A stretch of DNA of 64,000 bases from Macrostomum hystrix (lineage: Eukaryota > Animalia > Platyhelminthes): NCBI GenBank assembly GCA_950097015.1, contig CATNEN010000038.1, positions 20,708,001 to 20,772,000 on the forward strand, given 5' to 3'. Both the position numbers and the translations under genes were made by a program. Under the pieces are notes generated by a model, which did no database searches, had not been told where the DNA came from, and was given only the letters and a program-made list of their open reading frames with translations. Below, in pieces: positions 58,860 to 64,000 of this stretch. The stretch's first letter is position 1; every line of letters begins with the position of its first letter.

Positions 58860-59940
58860 ATGACAGATGAGACAGCGGGAGATGAGACGGCGGAGAGATG
58901 AGAAAGCGGAGAGATGAGACAGCGGAGAGACATGGGACACAAGAGAGATCTTTAGAGAGAGGACTTTCAGGAGAGATCAGATAGGGAAGAGAGGAGATGA
59001 GGGAGAGATCAGATGTGGAGAGATCAGATAGGGGAGAGATCAGGTAGGGGAGAGATCAGGTAGGGGAGAGAGGAGATAAGGGAGAGATCAGATGTGGAGA
59101 GATCAGGTAGGGGAGAGATCAGGTAGGGGAGAAATCAGGTAGGGGAGAGATCAGGTAGGGGAGAGATCAGATAGGGGAGAGATCAGGTAGGGGAGAGATC
59201 AGGTAGGGGAGAGATCAGGTAGGGGAGAGATCAGATAGGGGAGAGATCAGATAGGGGAGAGATCAGATAGGGGAGAGATCAGATAGGGGAGAGATCAGGT
59301 AGGGGAGAGATCAGGTAGGGGAGAGATCAGGTAGGGGAGAGATCAGATAGGGGAGAGATCAGATAGGGGAGAGATCAGATAGGGGAGAGATCAGATAGGG
59401 GAGAGATCAGATAGGGGAGAGATCAGATAGGGGAGAGATCAGATAGGGGAGAGATCAGATAGGGGAGAGATCAGGTAGGGGAGAGAGGAGATAAGGGAGA
59501 GATCAGATGTGGAGAGATCAGATAGGGGAGAGATCAGATAGGGAAGAGAGGAGATAAGGGAGAGATCAGATGTGGAGAGATCAGGTAGGGGAGAGATCAG
59601 ATAGGGGAGAGATCAGATAGGGGAGAGATCAGGTAGGGGAGAGATCAGGTAGGGGAGAGATCAGGTAGGGGAGAAATCAGGTAGGGGAGAGATCAGGTAG
59701 GGGAGAGATCAGATAGGGGAGAGATCAGGTAGGGGAGAGATCAGGTAGGGGAGAGATCAGGTAGGGGAGAGATCAGATAGGGGAGAGATCAGATAGGGGA
59801 GAGATCAGGTAGGGGAGAGATCAGGTAGGGGAGAGATCAGGTAGGGGAGAGATCAGGTAGGGGAGAGATCAGGTAGGGGAGAGATCAGGTAGGGGAGAGA
59901 TCAGGTAGGGGAGAGATGAGACAGGGGAGAGATGAGACAA
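58860..59940. repeat. 16-bp purine-rich minisatellite
   Basis: Unit GATCAG(G/A)TAGGGGAGA. Confidence 0.96.
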
Positions 59941-60344
59941 AAAAGGCCAAAACACATTTAGAATCCGTGTTTAGAAGCCATTCTCGAATGTGCGTTGCAA
60001 GTGAAATCTCTTATCCGCGAAAAATATGTCTCGCAATAGACTATAGGATGAATAATAAATTAATTTTTTCATAGTCTTTAGGAGACTGAACGTCACTTTA
60101 CCAGACCATACATCTGACAATCACGCCACTTGACAAACGCGTCACACTAGCGGAGTGCTTGCAGGCCACTCAAAAGTGTAGCTTAGCGCATCCGTAGTGG
60201 AAATGCGTCAGCATACATCGAGATGGATACATCGAAATTAGAATTTTAGAATTCAGGAATTTGCTAATTAGAATTCTAAGCTTAAAATACATTTACGGTT
60301 CGCACCAGGTACGCTGTCTATCCACATTTGCGAAAAACGTCTTC

Positions 60345-61040
60345 GTGACATACCTGACGCCTCAACTTACACCTGACCTCAGCTGTCATACCTGACACCT
60401 CAACTGTCATACCTGACACCTCAACTGTCATAACTGACACCTCAACTGTCATATCTGACACCTCAACTGTCATATCTGACACCTCAACTGTCATACCTGA
60501 CACCTCAACTGTCATACCTGACACCTCAACTGTCATACCTGACACCTCAACTGTCATATCTGACACCTCAACTGTCATATCTGACACCTCAACTGTCATA
60601 TCTGACACCTCAACTGTCATACCTGACACCTCAACTGTCATATCTGACACCTCAACTGTCATACCTGACACCTCAACTGTCATACCTGACACCTCAACTA
60701 TCATAACTGACACCTCAACTATCATAACTGACACCTCAACTATCATAACTGACACCTCAACTATCATAACTGACACCTCAACTATCATAACTGACACCTC
60801 AACTATCATAACTGACACCTCAACTATCATAACTGACACCTCAACTATCATAACTGACACCTCAACTGTCATAACTGACACCTAAACTGTCATATCTGAC
60901 ACCTCAACTGTCATACCTGACACATTAACTTTCATACCTTACACCTCAACTGTCATGCCTGACAGCTCAACTTTCATACCTGACACCTCAAATGTCATAC
61001 CTGATACCTCAACTGTCATACCTGACACCTCAACTGGTAT
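60345..61040. repeat. 21-bp minisatellite
   Basis: Unit CCTGACACCTCAACTGTCATA. Confidence 0.96.
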
Positions 61041-61266
61041 TTCATGACTGACACCTTAAGTCAAGTAATTTTCATCCTTTTTTCATTTGTCATAAATAAA
61101 GATTGCACAGATAAAATGAAAATATCGAAGTCCTGTTTATATGCACCTTTGAAGTTATGACGTAATCATTTTCTTATTTTTGGATAATGTTAAAATTATC
61201 CAACACTGCGATGCTAGTTTAGCTCAAAATTTGAGCACTTTAATCAACGGGTTGTAACAAAAAACT

Positions 61267-62107
61267 TCAGCTCTGATAGCGCACACAGACAGTCTTGACT
61301 TCGGTGTAGAAGTCCAGCGAGTCCTTGGCGCCTTCTCGACCTACGCCTGACTGCTTGCAGCCGCCGAATGGCATGTTCAGGTCGCGAACTAGCCAGCAGT
61401 TGGACCACACTGTGCCCACCTGGGGTGTAATTAGAGTGACTGAATGTGTGCTGATGGAGTGACTGAATGTGGGCAGAGGGAGTGACTGAATCTGGGCAGA
61501 GGGAGTGACTGAGTGTGGGCAGAGGGGGTGACTGAAAGTGTGCTGATGGAGTGACTGAATGTGTGCTGATGGAGTGACTGAATGTGGGCAGAGGGAGTGA
61601 CTGAATGGGAGCAGAGGGAGTGACTGAATGTGGGCAGAGGGAGTGACTGAATGTGGGCAGAGGGAGTGACTGAATGTGGGCAGAGGGAGTGACTGAATGT
61701 GGGCAGAGGGAGTGACTGAATGTGGGCAGAGGGAGTGACTGAATGTGGGCTGAGGGAGTGACTGAATGTGGGCAGAGGGAGTGACTGAATGTGGGCAGAG
61801 GCAGTGACTGAATGTGGGCAGAGGGAGTGACTGAATCTGGGCAGAGGGAGTGACTGAGTGTGGGCAGAGGGGGTGACTGAATGTGTGCTGATGGAGTGAC
61901 TGAATGTGTGCTGATGGAGTGACTGAATGTGGGCTGAGGGAGTGACTGAGTGTGGGCAGAGGGAGTGACTGAGTGGGAGAAATTAGAATAGGAAGGTGAG
62001 AAAGTTCTCACATCGAGCAGTCGCGAGACCCTGAGGATTTTACCAACATCTCTGCTGAACAGCGTTGCGCATAGCCCATACTTTACCGAGTTGGCACGCT
62101 TAACGAC
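61267..62107 (-). CDS. ALDH8A1: Aldehyde dehydrogenase, 2-aminomuconic semialdehyde dehydrogenase-like; last two exons only
   Basis: Exons 62107-62012 (VVKRANSVKYGLCATLFSRDVGKILRVSRLLD) and 61419-61267 (VGTVWSNCWLVRDLNMPFGGCKQSGVGREGAKDSLDFYTEVKTVCV..*). NCWLVRDL..PFGG..REGAKDS is typical of ALDH8A1. Confidence 0.85.
61434..61978. repeat. 23-bp minisatellite filling the last ALDH intron
   Basis: Unit GAGTGACTGAATGTGGGCAGAGG. Confidence 0.96.
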
Positions 62108-62404
62108 CTGTAAGAATACAATTTTGATACCTGCATTGTTATGAAAGATCATTTCACAATAGAAAAAAAGTTCACTAAGATGGATATTTTAATCATGCAT
62201 TTTATCAATGCTAACATCGACAAAAAACTGTCTTATGTCACGCGCAGACATATCGGATTTCTTATTGATATTAACAATGCTCAGTGCGTGATGGATTAAC
62301 AAAAAGTTGCCCCTAAATACTCTATGTAAGATTCTAGAAATAAGTGGAATCAATGGAGCCGCCAACGAGCCAAGAGACGATGAGAAGAATGCGTGAGACT
62401 GCGG

Positions 62405-62870
62405 ATGAGATGATGAGAAAATCTGAGATACAGATTAGACGATGAGAAAATTTATGAGATACAGATTAGACGATGAGAAAATTTATGAGATACAGATTAG
62501 ACGATGAGAAAATTTATGAGATACAGATTAGACGATGAGAAAATTTATGAGATACAGATTAGACGATGAGAAAATTTATGAGATACAGATTAGACGATGA
62601 GAAAATTTATGAGATACAGATTAGACGATGAGAAAATATATGAGATACAGATTAAACGATGAGAAAATTTATGAGATACAGATTAGACGATGAGAAAATT
62701 TATGAGATACAGATTAGACGTTGAGAAAATTTATGAGATACAGATTAGACGATGAGAAAATTTATGAGACTACAGATTAGACGATGAGAAAATTTATGAG
62801 ATACAGATTAGACGTTGAGAAAATTTATGAGATACAGATTAGACGATGAGAAAAGTTTTGAGACTACAGA
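62405..62870. repeat. 31-bp minisatellite
   Basis: Unit GATACAGATTAGACGATGAGAAAATTTATGA. Confidence 0.96.
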
Positions 62871-63142
62871 TGTCCGTGAAATGATGAAAAATTGTACCGA
62901 TTATTAAGATGAACTCTCCTACTCGCCATTTCAAACTGATCTGCAAGATAAGTAGATTTTTTAAAGCAGAGCACCATATTACCTTTGAAAATAATCTAAA
63001 ATAATTGAGTAAATTTGAGCCCATAAATATGGCTCGGCTCAAATGACACCATTAGACTGGTCATGGCATCAGACTAATAATTTGTTTATGCACAATTTTA
63101 GACCGCCGTTTCATAGAAACTATCCATTAGGCACCGGTTAAG

Positions 63143-63235
63143 GAGGTTGTAGCCTTGTGGTTAGAGCGGCGGCCTCACGACTTGAAGGTCGGGGGTTCAA
63201 TTCTTGACTTCACTGGAAACATTTGTGTCCTTTAC
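63143..63235 (+). mobile_element. Truncated SINE family B copy
   Basis: Head nearly identical to 17236-17325. Confidence 0.75.
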
Positions 63236-63825
63236 AAATAGGCCCCGGTTATTAGGCCTCGGTTTTAAGAGTCAGAATGCACAGCGATACAAATTTTCGA
63301 AGCTTAATTCCTCAGTATTTTTTTCCTTCAACTAATTATAAAGGTGGCAAAGCCTCATATGATTTGAACCTGTCCACCCGGATTAGCAAATAGAAAGTTG
63401 CAGCCGAGTTAGCAGCTTGCCAATCAAACAGGAAATTGGCAACAATATCGGCTTTGACTTCATCGACTGCAACTTTTCCACCTATAGTTTCCGCGTGTTT
63501 GGCTATGTCTGCTCACTTTTTTGTTTAACTTGGGTCTGCATCAGCTGCATCAGCAGATTAAAATTAAACAAATGAAAATTCTCGAAATTGGTTCAGTGTC
63601 ATGTAACCAGAATCCCTCTGCAAACTGCAAAAATTCTAATGCCTACGCGAAAAAATCCCAATCCAAAAGAAACAGCGAAACACGTTGTCAATGCATTCCC
63701 AGCTCAGTTGGCTTTTAATTTCCGTCAAATTATTTTGCTGACTAAGTCGCACTAGATCCCAAAGCGACTGAGTCTCATCACTATCTATTCCAATTCACAC
63801 AGAATATAATCCCATTTACCATTTA

Positions 63826-64000
63826 CAATCCCATCCTCATTGAATCCCATCCTCATTGAATCCCATCCTCATTGAATCCCATCCTCACTGTATCCCATCC
63901 TCATCGAATCCCATCCTCATTGAATCCCATCCTCATTAAGTCCCATCCTCATTAAGTCCCATCCTCATTGAATCCCATCCTCATTGAATCCCATCCTCAT
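63826..64000. repeat. 16-bp minisatellite running off the window end
   Basis: Unit TGAATCCCATCCTCAT. Confidence 0.93.

Noticed and set aside
62405-62870. Array unit shares GACGATGAGAAA with the SINE A loop, suggesting a SINE seed
   Set aside because: 12-bp match only, with no SINE sequence flanking the array.

Overview
Eukaryotic (invertebrate animal) genomic DNA with GT-AG spliced genes, GC-richer exons and introns packed with unrelated minisatellites. The style suggests a free-living flatworm such as Macrostomum, but this is inference only. By joining exons by hand I can support ten genes. Five are recognisable: a CTL/SLC44 choline transporter-like gene (+, 5' end outside the window), a tandem-C2 synaptotagmin-like gene (-), a fibulin-like cbEGF gene (-), a threonine dehydratase with ACT domain (+) and the last two exons of an ALDH8A1-like gene (-). 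Two encode uncharacterised intracellular proteins, one with polyQ. Three are small signal-peptide genes: a 6-Cys secreted protein, an 87-aa membrane microprotein missed by the ORF track, and a probable neuropeptide precursor. Mobile DNA includes an intact DD34D mariner with ~200-bp TIRs inserted exactly into a 5' splice site. A young BEL/Pao LTR retrotransposon sits inside a 40-bp satellite, which sits in a putative TIR element that splits an old SINE, and a new SINE copy sits in its 5' LTR. There are also two tRNA-derived SINE families, palindromic non-autonomous elements and about 25 tandem arrays. Most long ORFs in the track that cross tandem arrays are artefacts. All coordinates were read by eye; array ends are approximate.
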